From: Nitrosopumilus sp.
GTDB taxonomy: Archaea; Thermoproteota; Nitrososphaeria; Nitrososphaerales; Nitrosopumilaceae
Assembly (NCBI GenBank): GCA_963662625.1
Contig: OY759726.1
Location: forward strand, 1,024,001-1,088,000
Length of the DNA: 64,000 nucleotides
Reading direction: 5' to 3'
Position numbers and translations under genes: made by a program. Positions 30,831 through 40,847 of this stretch are shown in pieces (position 1 is the first letter of the stretch; the number at the start of each line of letters is the position of its first letter). The notes below the pieces were generated by a model that saw nothing but the letters and a program-made list of their open reading frames with translations, was not told the DNA's origin and did no database searches.

Positions 30831-31047
30831 GCCTACGAAGGCCCCAGAGCGCCATAAAAACCCCAAAGCCGATCATCCCAGCCGAGACCTTCTCGTTGGT
30901 GACCTCGGAGTTCACCAGGAACTCCAGCATGAACTCGGGGCCCCACAGGATCAGCTGCCTCACGAGCACGATCCCCGCCATGATCCCAAACAGCGCGCCT
31001 ATGGCCGTGTGCCAGTTCCTGCCGCGCCTGTAGTGTTCGTGGCTCAT
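30814..31047 (-). CDS. Small membrane protein
   Basis: 77 aa, two hydrophobic segments, operonic spacing. Confidence 0.65.
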   Translation of the reverse strand: MSHEHYRRGRNWHTAIGALFGIMAGIVLVRQLILWGPEFMLEFLVNSEVTNEKVSAGMIGFGVFMALWGLRRREQKG

Positions 31048-31058
31048 GGCGCGGGCGC

Positions 31059-31730
31059 CTAGACGATCTTTATCCCGGGGTTCTTCATCTTGTTCCTGAT
31101 CATCGCGTTCAGGAGCAGCGGCGTGGAGATCTCCGCAAGGTATGCCAGCTTCCCGGGGCCCAGGTAGACCGGCCTCAGCCCGCTTATCTCGTTGATGAGC
31201 CCGTTGACCACGCCCACCGCCCCCATGTCGTCCCCGCAGACGAATATGTCGTAGTCCAGTTCCAGCGTGGGGTTGGCGAGTTTTTTCTCCGAGATGACGT
31301 GGAACGCGGAGACCAGCCTGGAGCTGTCCCTGACGTGCCTTGAGACCAGCTGGTGCGAGAACGGCATGCCCTCCTTTATGGGTATGAACTCAAACCCGGC
31401 GTCGGTCTTGACCATGGGGACTATCGGGGAGACCACGACGCACCCGTCCCTGGCCTGGGGGCACACCTCGGAGCACACCGCGTCTATGTTGCCGTACGGG
31501 ATGGACAGGACCAGGACGTCGCTTTCCCTTGCCACGGAGGCGTTGTCGCCGCCGCCGACCGTGCCGCCGACCTGCCCGAAGGCCTCCCTCGCGGCGCCGG
31601 CGTACTCGTCGGCCGCCGCCCTTGCCCGGGCCGCGTCCCTCGAGCCCACCAGCACGTCGTGGTTACGGCACCACCTGAGCGCGAAGCCCTTCCCCATGCC
31701 GCCGGTGCCGCCTATGATCCCGACCTTCAT
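31059..31730 (-). CDS. npdG: NADPH-dependent F420 reductase
   Basis: IIGGTGGMGKG, VGSRD, VSAFH, DIFVCGDD. Confidence 0.88.
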   Translation of the reverse strand: MKVGIIGGTGGMGKGFALRWCRNHDVLVGSRDAARARAAADEYAGAAREAFGQVGGTVGGGDNASVARESDVLVLSIPYGNIDAVCSEVCPQARDGCVVVSPIVPMVKTDAGFEFIPIKEGMPFSHQLVSRHVRDSSRLVSAFHVISEKKLANPTLELDYDIFVCGDDMGAVGVVNGLINEISGLRPVYLGPGKLAYLAEISTPLLLNAMIRNKMKNPGIKIV

Positions 31731-31764
31731 GGTGTTGCTCTGACAATGTTATTATTATCTCTAT

Positions 31765-32403
31765 ATGAACTCCCACCAATTGGGCTCTATTATTTTTCTA
31801 CGGCACGGACAGGCCAAAAACAACGTCGAAAGAGTCCTGGCAGGCCGCACCCCCGGGATCCCGCTCACCGACGAGGGGGCGGAGCAGGCAGGCCAGGCAG
31901 CCGGGTACCTGGCCGAGATGGGCGTCTCGGCGGTCTACTCGAGCCCCGTCCAGAGGGCCAGGGAGACTGCCGACATAGTGGCGCGCCGCAACTCGCTGGA
32001 GGTCGCCCTCGACGACCGGCTGATCGAGCTCGACATGGGCAAGTTCACCGGGATGCCCTACGACGAGATCTTCACCAGCCACGGCAACGTCTTCCTAAAG
32101 TTCTACAACGGCGAGCTGGAGATAGCGCACAACGGGGTGGAGACCTTCTCGGAGGTGAAAAAGCGCGTCCTGAGCATGGTGGGCCACGTCCTCGAGCGCC
32201 ACCCGGGCGAGAACGTCGTGCTGGTGACCCACATGGACCCGATCAAGGCGATGCTGTCCACCGTGGTGGACCTGAGCCCCGGGAACCTCTTCGAGCTGAT
32301 CCTCGCAAACGCGTCCCTCAACATATTCCGGGAGTCAGGGGGGCGGTTCACGGTATCGGGGCTCAACGTGATGCACCCCTCGCGCTTTGCCGGCGACTGG
32401 TGA
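31765..32403 (+). CDS. Histidine phosphatase (phosphoglycerate mutase) family protein
   Basis: LRHG, SSP..RA.ETA, LIELDMG, VTH; start may be TTG at 31780. Confidence 0.9.
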   Translation: MNSHQLGSIIFLRHGQAKNNVERVLAGRTPGIPLTDEGAEQAGQAAGYLAEMGVSAVYSSPVQRARETADIVARRNSLEVALDDRLIELDMGKFTGMPYDEIFTSHGNVFLKFYNGELEIAHNGVETFSEVKKRVLSMVGHVLERHPGENVVLVTHMDPIKAMLSTVVDLSPGNLFELILANASLNIFRESGGRFTVSGLNVMHPSRFAGDW

Positions 32404-32490
32404 TCGCGATCCCCCCAGCGCCGGGCAAATTCGCCGCGGCGTCTTGAAAACCCTTAAATAGAAATCAGAGATCACGAAGGTCAATCACCT

Positions 32491-32754
32491 ATGAAAGGCA
32501 CGCTCGGACTCCTCTCGTTGTTGGCAGTTGCGGTTATAGTTCCCGCAGCGGAATATGCGCTTGCCGCGGGCGACGAGCCCGGGGAGTACGTCGATCGCAG
32601 GGTGCTTATATGGAACCTGTTCTTCAGGATGATGACCGTCGCGTTCACCGTCGGCGCTGTCGTCTCGGGTACGATCATCTGGCTGGTCCTCCGGTTCAGG
32701 GAGTCGAATCCCAAGGCAAAGCCGACTCCGTACGAGAAGGAAGGGGTGTGGTAG
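32491..32754 (+). CDS. Heme-copper oxidase subunit II, N-terminal part (signal peptide + TM1)
   Basis: Signal peptide, TM helix, RFRE...P loop; first gene of cox operon; ends at TAG. Confidence 0.75.
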   Translation: MKGTLGLLSLLAVAVIVPAAEYALAAGDEPGEYVDRRVLIWNLFFRMMTVAFTVGAVVSGTIIWLVLRFRESNPKAKPTPYEKEGVW

Positions 32755-32757
32755 GCG

Positions 32758-33189
32758 ACGGGACACCATTCCAACTGGCCCGAGTGGATCTACATCGGCA
32801 TCGTGATCGCGCTGATGACGTGGGTGGGCGCCGAGGCCTGGAACGTGGAACGCATAGTGGAGCACGTCCCGGCGGACGCCGAGGTCATCAAGGTCACGGG
32901 CCAGCAGTGGTTCTGGATGTTCGAGCACGAGGACGGGACCAAGGAGATAGGCGAGCTGCACCTCGACGCCGGAAAGGCGTACAAGTTCGAGGTGATGTCG
33001 ACGGACGTGATACACTCGTTCAACATACACGACTACGTGGTGCTGATGGACGCGGTGCCGGGCAGGGTGAACACGGTGTGGTTTGCGCCGGACCAGCCCG
33101 GCGAGCACGACATCCAGTGCAGGGAGTACTGCGGGCTGATTCACTACAACATGCGCGGAAAACTGATAGTGGAGGACCCGCTGTCTTGA
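32758..33189 (+). CDS. coxB: Heme-copper oxidase subunit II, TM2 + CuA domain (start uncertain: ACG 32758 or GTG 32803)
   Basis: GQQWFW, DVIHSF, DAVPG, CREYCGLIHYNM CuA motif. Confidence 0.9.
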   Translation, partial: TGHHSNWPEWIYIGIVIALMTWVGAEAWNVERIVEHVPADAEVIKVTGQQWFWMFEHEDGTKEIGELHLDAGKAYKFEVMSTDVIHSFNIHDYVVLMDAVPGRVNTVWFAPDQPGEHDIQCREYCGLIHYNMRGKLIVEDPLS

Positions 33190-33238
33190 CCGCGCCTTCG
33201 CCACGACGGCCTGGAATCATGCGGGGGGCGCTCGACTG

Positions 33239-34765
33239 ATGGTGCTGGAACTGCAGAAGCCGCGCCCCATATGGCAGATCATGTTCTCCACGCACCACAC
33301 CGACGTGGGCCTGCTGTACCTCATATCGTCGCTGGCGTTCCTCTTCCTGGGCGGCACCCTGGCGCTGGCTATCAGGGCAGAGCTGTTCCTGCCAGGCGCG
33401 CAGATCATCGCCGATTCCATGACGTTCAACAGGATGTTCACGGTCCACGGGACCACACTCATCTTCCTGTTCATCATACCCTTCGCCTCCGCGGTGGGCA
33501 ACTACTTTGTCCCGATAATGGTCAGGTACAAGGACATGGCGTACCCGAAGCTGAACGCCATAGCCTTCTGGATGATCCCGCCCTCCGGGGCGCTCATCTG
33601 GCTGGGGTTTGCGGACTTTACGTGGTACGCCACCCCGCCCTACTCCATAATCAGCGCGCCGGGGCCGGCCGCCGACATGTGGATATTCGGGCTGAAGATC
33701 CTGGGGATCTCGTCCGTGCTGGGCGCCATCAACTTCGTCGTGACCATCCTGAAGTGCAAGCACCCCGACATGTCGATAGGGCAGGTCCCCCTGCTGGCGT
33801 GGTCCTTCCTGTCCTCGTCGCTGATAATCCTGGTCGCCATACCGACGTTCGCCGCGGCGCTCCTGATGCTCCTCACCGACAGGCTCGGGGTCAGCGGGTT
33901 CTTCAACCCCGCCATGGGAGGCGACCCGATAGCGTACGCGCACCTGTTCTGGTTCACGTTCCACCCGGAGGTCTACGTGCTCGTAATCCCGGCGATCGGG
34001 ATGATGTACGAGATAATACCGAGGTTCTCGAGGAAGCCGATCTTCAGCTACGGCTCCGGCGTGTTCGCGTTCGTGATGCTGTCGATCGTGGGCTTTTCGT
34101 CGTGGGCGCACCACATGTACGCCACCGGCATGTCCTTCACCGAGAAGACCGTCTTCATGGTCGGGACGCTGGCCGCGGTGCCCGCCTCCGCCATGCACGT
34201 CTTCAACTTCCTCGCTACGATGTGGAACGGCAGGATAAGGTTCTCCACCCCGATGATGTGGGCAGTCGGCGGGATCGCGCTCTTCTTCTCGGCAGGCGCC
34301 GGCGGCGTAGTGAACAGCGCGATGCCGCTGGACTTTTCGACCCACGACACCTACTGGGTCGTGGGGCACTTCCACCTGTTCGTGATGGGCACGATCGCCT
34401 TCGGATCCATCGCCTACCTCTACTACATGTTCCCGTACGTGACCGGGCGCATGTACAACGAGACCATGGGCAAGATACACTTCATACTGTCGTTCGTGGG
34501 CACCGTCATGGTGTTCTTCACCCAGCACGTGCTGGGCCTGTACGGGATGCCGAGGAGGATCTTCGACTACCCGCCAATACCCGAGTGGATCGCCATGAAC
34601 CAGATAGCGTCCGTCGGGGCCATGATAATCGGGGTGAGCATGGCGCTGTTCCTTGCAAACATGATCCACAGCTCCGCGAAGGGCGAGCCCGCCAACACGG
34701 ACGACCCGTTCGGGCTGGGGGGAAGGTACTACTACCCGTTCGAGGCGAAGAACCCGCACCACTAG
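33239..34765 (+). CDS. coxA: Heme-copper oxidase subunit I
   Basis: HGT, WFTFHPEVY, WAHH, HFH, GMPRR. Confidence 0.97.
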   Translation: MVLELQKPRPIWQIMFSTHHTDVGLLYLISSLAFLFLGGTLALAIRAELFLPGAQIIADSMTFNRMFTVHGTTLIFLFIIPFASAVGNYFVPIMVRYKDMAYPKLNAIAFWMIPPSGALIWLGFADFTWYATPPYSIISAPGPAADMWIFGLKILGISSVLGAINFVVTILKCKHPDMSIGQVPLLAWSFLSSSLIILVAIPTFAAALLMLLTDRLGVSGFFNPAMGGDPIAYAHLFWFTFHPEVYVLVIPAIGMMYEIIPRFSRKPIFSYGSGVFAFVMLSIVGFSSWAHHMYATGMSFTEKTVFMVGTLAAVPASAMHVFNFLATMWNGRIRFSTPMMWAVGGIALFFSAGAGGVVNSAMPLDFSTHDTYWVVGHFHLFVMGTIAFGSIAYLYYMFPYVTGRMYNETMGKIHFILSFVGTVMVFFTQHVLGLYGMPRRIFDYPPIPEWIAMNQIASVGAMIIGVSMALFLANMIHSSAKGEPANTDDPFGLGGRYYYPFEAKNPHH

Positions 34766-34777
34766 GAGGAGGATGAG

Positions 34778-35743
34778 TTGAGCCAGGAGACCGAAACTTA
34801 CTACAGGACGACCCCCGCCAGGACGGGGAAGATGATGGCGATCATGCTGGGCATCTGCATCGCCGGCGGCGCGATCTTCTTCGCGATGTGGGACTACTGG
34901 ATCTCCGAGCCCGCCCCGGTGGTCGCCATGATGGCGGCCGACACGGGAGCGGCCGAGGAGCAGGCAGAGGCGACGGGAAAGACGATCAACAGCGACCTGG
35001 TGTTCATCGAGTCGTCCGACTTCCTCATAATGTCGTTCAACGCGCTGCCCGGCGAGGAGGGCGCCAACCCCACCATCAACGCAAGCGTCGGTGACTCGAT
35101 AGTCTTCAACGTGGCCAACGGCGGCATATCGTTCCACGCGTTCGGCATCACGAGGGACTCCGAGGGCGACAAGGGCATAATCCCCGGGAGCGAGATCGGC
35201 AGCCCCAACCAGCCGCTGAAGGGCGGGGAATCCGGGACGGTCACGTTCGTGCCAGGGAGCGAGGGGACGTACTACTACATCTGCACCGTCCCGGGACACA
35301 GGATGCAGGGGATGGAGGGCCAGATAGTGGTGGGCCCCGCGGAAGGCGGGGGCGCGCCCGCCGAGGCGGCGCCGCCGACCGGCGTGTCCCTTGACCTCGT
35401 GCTCGACTTCGTCGAGTCCGACGACATCCTGACGCTCGGGTTCAACGCGCTGCCCGGAGAGGAGGGCAGCAACCCGGAGATCCGCGTGAACTCCGGCGAC
35501 GAGGTCACCGTCACCTCGACCAACACGGGCAAGTCGTTCCACGCGTTCGGCGTCGTGGCGGACCCGGAGGACTTTAACAACGTAATATGGGACTCGGCGA
35601 TCGCCGCCCCGACCAACCCGCTGAGGCCCGGCGAGAGCGGCACGGCGACGTTCCTGGCCGGCGCCCCCGGGACGTACTACTACATATGCACCGTCCCGGG
35701 CCACGCGCTGCAGGGCATGCAGGGAAGCTTCATCGTAGAGTAG
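34778..35743 (+). CDS. Membrane-anchored blue copper protein with two cupredoxin domains
   Basis: Two H...CTVPGH...GM type-1 Cu sites; N-terminal TM; GGAGG RBS. Confidence 0.9.
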   Translation: MSQETETYYRTTPARTGKMMAIMLGICIAGGAIFFAMWDYWISEPAPVVAMMAADTGAAEEQAEATGKTINSDLVFIESSDFLIMSFNALPGEEGANPTINASVGDSIVFNVANGGISFHAFGITRDSEGDKGIIPGSEIGSPNQPLKGGESGTVTFVPGSEGTYYYICTVPGHRMQGMEGQIVVGPAEGGGAPAEAAPPTGVSLDLVLDFVESDDILTLGFNALPGEEGSNPEIRVNSGDEVTVTSTNTGKSFHAFGVVADPEDFNNVIWDSAIAAPTNPLRPGESGTATFLAGAPGTYYYICTVPGHALQGMQGSFIVE

Positions 35744-35745
35744 TT

Positions 35746-36189
35746 TTGGCGATCCAGTACCTAGCACTAGCGACCATGGTCGTGCTGTACTCCCTGATGT
35801 TCATCGGGGGGTACATATCCGCGGCCGGGCTCGGGCTGACGTGCCCGGAGTGGCCGCTGTGCCCCAACGGGCTGATGCCCTCAGAGGAATACCTGATAGA
35901 GTGGATCCACAGGCTGGTGGCTGCCACCACCGGGGCGCTCGTGATCGCCACGATGGTCGCAAGCCTGCTCAACAAGAACGCCGACGGGAAGATCAAGATC
36001 ACGAGCTCGCTGGCGACGGTGTTCGTGATCACGCAGATAACGCTCGGCGCGCTGGTGATCGACCTGAAGCTGCACGCAGTGCTGGTCGCGATACACCTGG
36101 GGATCGGGATACTGCTGTTTGCCATGGTGCTGCTGACGACGCTGTTCGCGTTCAGGGTGGCAAGGGTGGCGCCGCGCCCTAGGGCCTAG
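35746..36189 (+). CDS. ctaA: Heme A synthase, short COX15/CtaA type
   Basis: GLTCPEWPLC, EWIHR, QITLG, H; TTG start. Confidence 0.88.
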   Translation: MAIQYLALATMVVLYSLMFIGGYISAAGLGLTCPEWPLCPNGLMPSEEYLIEWIHRLVAATTGALVIATMVASLLNKNADGKIKITSSLATVFVITQITLGALVIDLKLHAVLVAIHLGIGILLFAMVLLTTLFAFRVARVAPRPRA

Positions 36190-36691
36190 GCCCCCTGAGC
36201 CTGGGAAGGTAGATGTACCCCATCACGCCGGCGAAGCACAGTGCCCCGACGGTGATCGCCACGATGAAGATGTAGCCGAACGGGCTCTGCGTGCCCATGT
36301 TGAACTTGTACTCCAGCGGCGCGAGGCTGCCGTCCATGTCGTACAGGATCACCTCCACTATGTGGTTACCCTGGTTCCTCCAGGTGTAGTCGAACTCCCA
36401 GTGGGCGCCCGAGTGCGACTTTGGGGGGACCGCGTCGACCTGCTGGCCGTTGTAGAAGAACCTGATCCCCATGGTGAACCTGTCCACCTCCTCAAAGTCC
36501 TCGTCCGTGACCCTCACCATGAACAGGGAGGGCTCCCCGATCTGGGGGAATTCGGGGGCCGTGGCCACCTGGACCCTGTACCCGCCGTGGAACTTCTCGG
36601 CTGAGTTGAACATGGAGTGGGCGTGGGCCTCGCAGGCCGCTGGCGACAGGGCCAGGAGCACCACCACCACCACGGACGATCGCGCCTTCAT
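36179..36691 (-). CDS. Secreted/membrane-anchored hypothetical protein
   Basis: Signal peptide ending AHA-H, beta-rich domain, C-terminal TM. Confidence 0.7.
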   Translation of the reverse strand: MKARSSVVVVVLLALSPAACEAHAHSMFNSAEKFHGGYRVQVATAPEFPQIGEPSLFMVRVTDEDFEEVDRFTMGIRFFYNGQQVDAVPPKSHSGAHWEFDYTWRNQGNHIVEVILYDMDGSLAPLEYKFNMGTQSPFGYIFIVAITVGALCFAGVMGYIYLPRLRGPRP

Positions 36692-36809
36692 CTCTGGTTG
36701 TTGGGCAACCCCGACGAATATAGCGTTAACCTGCGGCGCGCCGATCCCTGCCCGATCGGGGCCCAAATCTTCAAAACCTTTAAATCATGATTGGCAAGAA
36801 ACTGATCCG

Positions 36810-37403
36810 TTGACAGTAGTCACGAAGTCCATAGACATCAAGACGCCCGTGGAGAACGTTTTCACATATTTTGCGAGGCCCGAGCACGTCTCCGACCAGA
36901 TCAAGAGCGACGCCGTGGGCATGGCAGTGGTACCGATGGACATCAAGGACGGGATGGGGGTAGGCACCACGTTCAGGGTGATCGGGGACTTTAACGGGAA
37001 GCGCCTGGAATGGGACTGCGAGACGACCGAGTTCGACAGGAACGAGAGGATCTCCGCGAGGCAGATAGACGGCCCGTTCAAGAGGTGGCAGATAACCAAC
37101 GAGTTCAAGCCGCTGGGCGAGAACCTGACCCGGGTCACGATGTCGGTGGACTACGAGATGCCGTTTGGCCCGCTAGGCGCCATCATGGACAAGGCCAAGT
37201 TCGCAAAGTCCGCGGAGCGCGGGATGGAGACCGCGCTGTACAACGTCAGGGGCCTGCTGGAAGGCAACGGCTCGATCCCCGTGTACATCACGCTGGACGC
37301 GTACAGGAAGCTGCTGGCCGAAAAGAAGAAGATGAACGTGCCGGTATCCACCGCGCTCACCGCCATACTGGAAAAATACAGCGAGATCGAGGCAAAGGCC
37401 TGA
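36810..37403 (+). CDS. SRPBCC/polyketide cyclase family protein
   Basis: KSIDIKTPVENVF, GPFKRW, TRVT..VDYEMPFGPLG. Confidence 0.85.
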   Translation: MTVVTKSIDIKTPVENVFTYFARPEHVSDQIKSDAVGMAVVPMDIKDGMGVGTTFRVIGDFNGKRLEWDCETTEFDRNERISARQIDGPFKRWQITNEFKPLGENLTRVTMSVDYEMPFGPLGAIMDKAKFAKSAERGMETALYNVRGLLEGNGSIPVYITLDAYRKLLAEKKKMNVPVSTALTAILEKYSEIEAKA

Positions 37404-37456
37404 CCCCGCAGCGTGATCTTAAGGTTAATAACAACAGTCAGCCATGCTAAACTTGC

Positions 37457-37530
37457 GGGTCTATGGCGCAGCCAGGTAGCGCACAGGACTCTTAATCCTG
37501 CTGTCAAGGGTTCGAATCCCTTTAGACCCG
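37457..37530 (+). tRNA. tRNA-Lys(CTT)
   Basis: GGGTCTA/TAGACCC acceptor stem; CAGGA-CT-CTT-AA-TCCTG; GGTTCGAAT. Confidence 0.95.
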
Positions 37531-37635
37531 CTCCCACCAATGGCACCCACCCGCGGCGCGGCCACTACGTCCGGCACCGTCCTGCAAACGCGCTCTGCCA
37601 GGCGCCCAACAAGATTGTGGCCCCCACGCGCCGCC

Positions 37636-38067
37636 TGTAGTATATGTAAAGTCGGTCCGCTAACCATCTGTGTCCACCTCCATCCATCTCGGGCTGCTCT
37701 CACTGATCGTGCCCTGGCATTCTTGTCATGGAAGGCCTTCATCGGGGTCTGGCAGTTGCCGGTGTCCGGGGAGAAGCGCAACCTGTCCCAGTTGCAGTAC
37801 CCGACGCACTAGGACGTGCTCCCGTGGCGTAGTATCCGTGATTAAAATGGGATCAGGCACGGTGCACCAAGTTTCCTGCACGACTGCATTGGGTGGATGC
37901 AGGCATCGATCTTGGCCATGCTTGGCAACGGGGAGGCCAGGGCCATCAAGATGGTCCAATATTTAACACCGTCACTGCGCCATGTCCCGTGTGGGTTTCC
38001 ACGTATTGAATCTTTTGGTCGGGATTGTTGTCCAAGTTGTGATCCAACATCAATCGCGTATACTACG
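37636..38067 (-). mobile_element. Short relic of an IS481-like element
   Basis: End TGTAGTATATG with decayed inverted counterpart at 38055-38067; minus-strand fragments YCNWDR..QTPMKAF..PRWME resemble an integrase-core C-terminus. Confidence 0.45.
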
Positions 38068-38325
38068 CACCCTGCCCGAATGCCTGAGGACGTCCCACGC
38101 AGGGCTTGACGTTATGAAGTACACCAGCAGGAAGCCCTTGGTGCTCAAGAACTTTTGAGCGTTGCTATAGGTTGTTGCCAACGGGGACGGTGCGCGGCCG
38201 TGATCCAAGGACTTTTCGGTTTGGCATGGCTGGGCCGGTGGTTCAACTGTTTGGACCCGGCAATTTCTGGCAGTTGTGCAACAGGCTACAAAGCTGGGTT
38301 TCCTTATATTGTGCCAGTGGCAGGC

Positions 38326-39402
38326 ATGAACATGGTAAAAAGCTGCATAGGGATAGACACTACAAACTATTTCAGGCAAGCCAGTAAGCCGTTTCAGGCA
38401 CCCATTGGGGTGGGGCTTGAGGTTGAAGACTATGACGTGTTTACGAGCAAATACGACTCAGTTGTCGAGGAGTTGAAGAAGACACATGACATCTCCACGA
38501 ATAGGAAATGTATCAAAAGCCATTATGTCTATGAAAAAAACCCGTCTTCTGCAAGGCAGTTCATAGCTGATTTTACAAAAAGACTCATGCCACACGTAAA
38601 AACAGTCTTTGTGTCACATACCATACTCAACTCCCAAAAAACACCCAGAATTCAATACTACAGGGGAAGGATGGCTGTAACCCCCAGCGAATTCGTTTTA
38701 CATCTACAGAGTTATTACCCGCATGTTCTGGCATGGAAGATACTTTCTACCCTTCCTGACAGGAGGAACTCCGTGTTTATGCTGGATCACTTTACTGGAC
38801 ATATCACAAAGGCGTGGGAGCAGATCGAGAATGAAAACATTTTGATCTACCCATCAGGAGAGTACTGCAACCCACTGATCTCATCTGCCGACTTTGTGTC
38901 CAAGTACATAAGCGATTTCATCCACCTTAACAAGACAAGGTTGGAATTCGGATCTATTTCCAAGGCGCTTGGGCAGTTTGGCGTGGAGGAGATCAGTAGG
39001 AACCGCGGTAGCCCCATGCAAGAGCAAAGCACCAAAACAGAACTCTTGCAGTATTTTATCTACGACCTGTCCATGATCACCCCCCATGAGAAAAGGGCCA
39101 TAGATGTCGGCAGGAAGATCAAGCATCCGATATATTTTCTGCTGACTGGAAAGAAATTCAATCGCGAGGCCGAGGCGTTAAAACATACCGTATACTTCGA
39201 CATTGTGGCCAACCGCGCTTGCGGCGATCGGGGTTCCATACGCGCCGTAAATGTGGATGAAATGCCAAACGAGCTAAAAGTCATGCGAGACGGCGACAAG
39301 ATCATTGCGTTTGGCGGCGACTCCCTTGACCTGGCAAATTATCTAGTCAACGACTTTAGCGGCCTGAAGGTCGAGGTGGTTCCCAGCAGGAACTTGAAAT
39401 GA
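38326..39402 (+). CDS. Low-GC hypothetical protein with putative RNase H-like (DUF3800-like) acidic motifs
   Basis: IGIDT near N-terminus, MLDHF, LISSADF; AT-richer codon usage than core genes. Confidence 0.65.
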   Translation: MNMVKSCIGIDTTNYFRQASKPFQAPIGVGLEVEDYDVFTSKYDSVVEELKKTHDISTNRKCIKSHYVYEKNPSSARQFIADFTKRLMPHVKTVFVSHTILNSQKTPRIQYYRGRMAVTPSEFVLHLQSYYPHVLAWKILSTLPDRRNSVFMLDHFTGHITKAWEQIENENILIYPSGEYCNPLISSADFVSKYISDFIHLNKTRLEFGSISKALGQFGVEEISRNRGSPMQEQSTKTELLQYFIYDLSMITPHEKRAIDVGRKIKHPIYFLLTGKKFNREAEALKHTVYFDIVANRACGDRGSIRAVNVDEMPNELKVMRDGDKIIAFGGDSLDLANYLVNDFSGLKVEVVPSRNLK

Positions 39403-39459
39403 ACTGCCTTTAGCGCGGCGGGATTCAAGCGCCCGGGGTGTAGTTTGTTGAACACATGA

Positions 39460-40847
39460 TAACCACCCAGGCGTAGTTGCCCCGATGGACCGGCCCCTGG
39501 TAGCGCGTGGGCCTAGCGCCCTTTCTGTTGAATGGGGCAACCCGGGCTGCCGTGTCACTGGGCTTCGCGCCCTGATGGGCGTGTGCGGCCTCCGATCCGT
39601 CAGACATCCGAAAGGAGGTGATAGGAAAGGATGAGAAAGACAAGCATAGGGACAGGCATGGGGAAGAGAAAGTGCGACGCGTGCGTGGCGGGCGGGAACG
39701 GGAAGGTTCCCGGGAGGGGGCAGTACCCCGACACCCGGGACGGCGCGGCGAAGTTCGCAGGGGCGATGGCGCGCAGGCATGCCTGGGCGGCGGCCCCTGC
39801 AGGGCCGCCCGCGAGACGACTGGCAACATGCGGGACAGGACGTCTGGCGCCTCCGGGGCGACCGGGACCGGCATCAAACTGGCCAACACGCACAGGATGG
39901 CCCTGATAGCCAGGACCGCCAAGAAGACCGACATGGTGGACGCCGAGAAGATAGCGCAGGTGCCGGGAACGGGCATGATACCGGAGCGCTGCGTCCCCCC
40001 GGGCCACACCAGGGGGATACGCGCGATGGCCGGGCATAGGGTGAGGCTGGCCCGGGACAGGACGCGCGTGACAAGCCGCGCCCGCAGCCTCCCGGGCCGC
40101 CACGACATCCAAATGGACGCCTCCACCATGCACTCCGAAAAGGCCCTGGGGCAGCCGGAGTCCGCGGGGCCGGGCTCCGTGTGCGACGGGGCGGTGCTGG
40201 TCCAGTGCGCCCGGCAGGCGGGGCACCTGACGGAGGAGATCTCCGTGACGGAGGGGCTCCCCGGGACGGGGGCCGCCCACAACGGTGACGCGAGGCTGCC
40301 GGCCGGCACGGCCGGCGTCGGCACGCTCGCCGCGGTGCTGATGGCCCCAGGGATGGGGGACGTCCCCGGGTTCAGGGGGCCAAGGCAGATGGCGTCGTGG
40401 GCCGGGCTGTGCCCGGCCGCATGCCAGTCGGGGAACCGGCTGCACGCGGGGAGGATCAAGAAGATCGACTCCAGCAGCCTGGCTAGCCGGGCCACGTGCG
40501 AGGCCGCGGACGTGGCAGTGCGGCACGACGCCAGGATGGAGGCCGTGTACGCGTCCGCGCGCCGGAGGCACGCGGACATGCACGGGCCGGCCATAATCGT
40601 GGTGGCCCACAAGATGGTCACCATAATGTGGCACATGCTGACCACCAAGACACCCTACGAGTCCCGCAACGAGAGGCTGTACCGGCGCAAGCTGGCCAGG
40701 ACGGGTAAGGCGCGCCGGGGTTGACCCCCCCGTTGCCCGCATCCCGGATCGTCTTGCCAGCGCTAGCCATGAATCCCATGCCATGCAACCCAGGCACGGA
40801 TCGGAAAAGCCGTGGGATGCATTGCGGCAACTACGCCTGGGTGGTTA
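39460..40847 (+). mobile_element. IS110/IS1111-family element with frameshifted, degenerate recombinase
   Basis: 22-bp perfect IR TAACCACCCAGGCGTAGTTGCC; KKTD..DA, GVG, WAGLCP...QSG, AHKM motifs; ORF start 39631 is out of frame with the rest. Confidence 0.88.

Noticed and set aside
32752-32754. Pyrrolysine decoding of the coxB amber codon
   Set aside because: No pyl genes or tRNA-Pyl in the window, and TAG is a common normal stop here; only generic read-through or ACG start is retained as a hypothesis.
33020-35767. Long antisense/overlapping ORFs (915 aa here; also 436-1833, 1116-2606, 47040-49118, 45869-47281)
   Set aside because: Shadow frames expected from high GC3 codon bias opposite well-supported genes.
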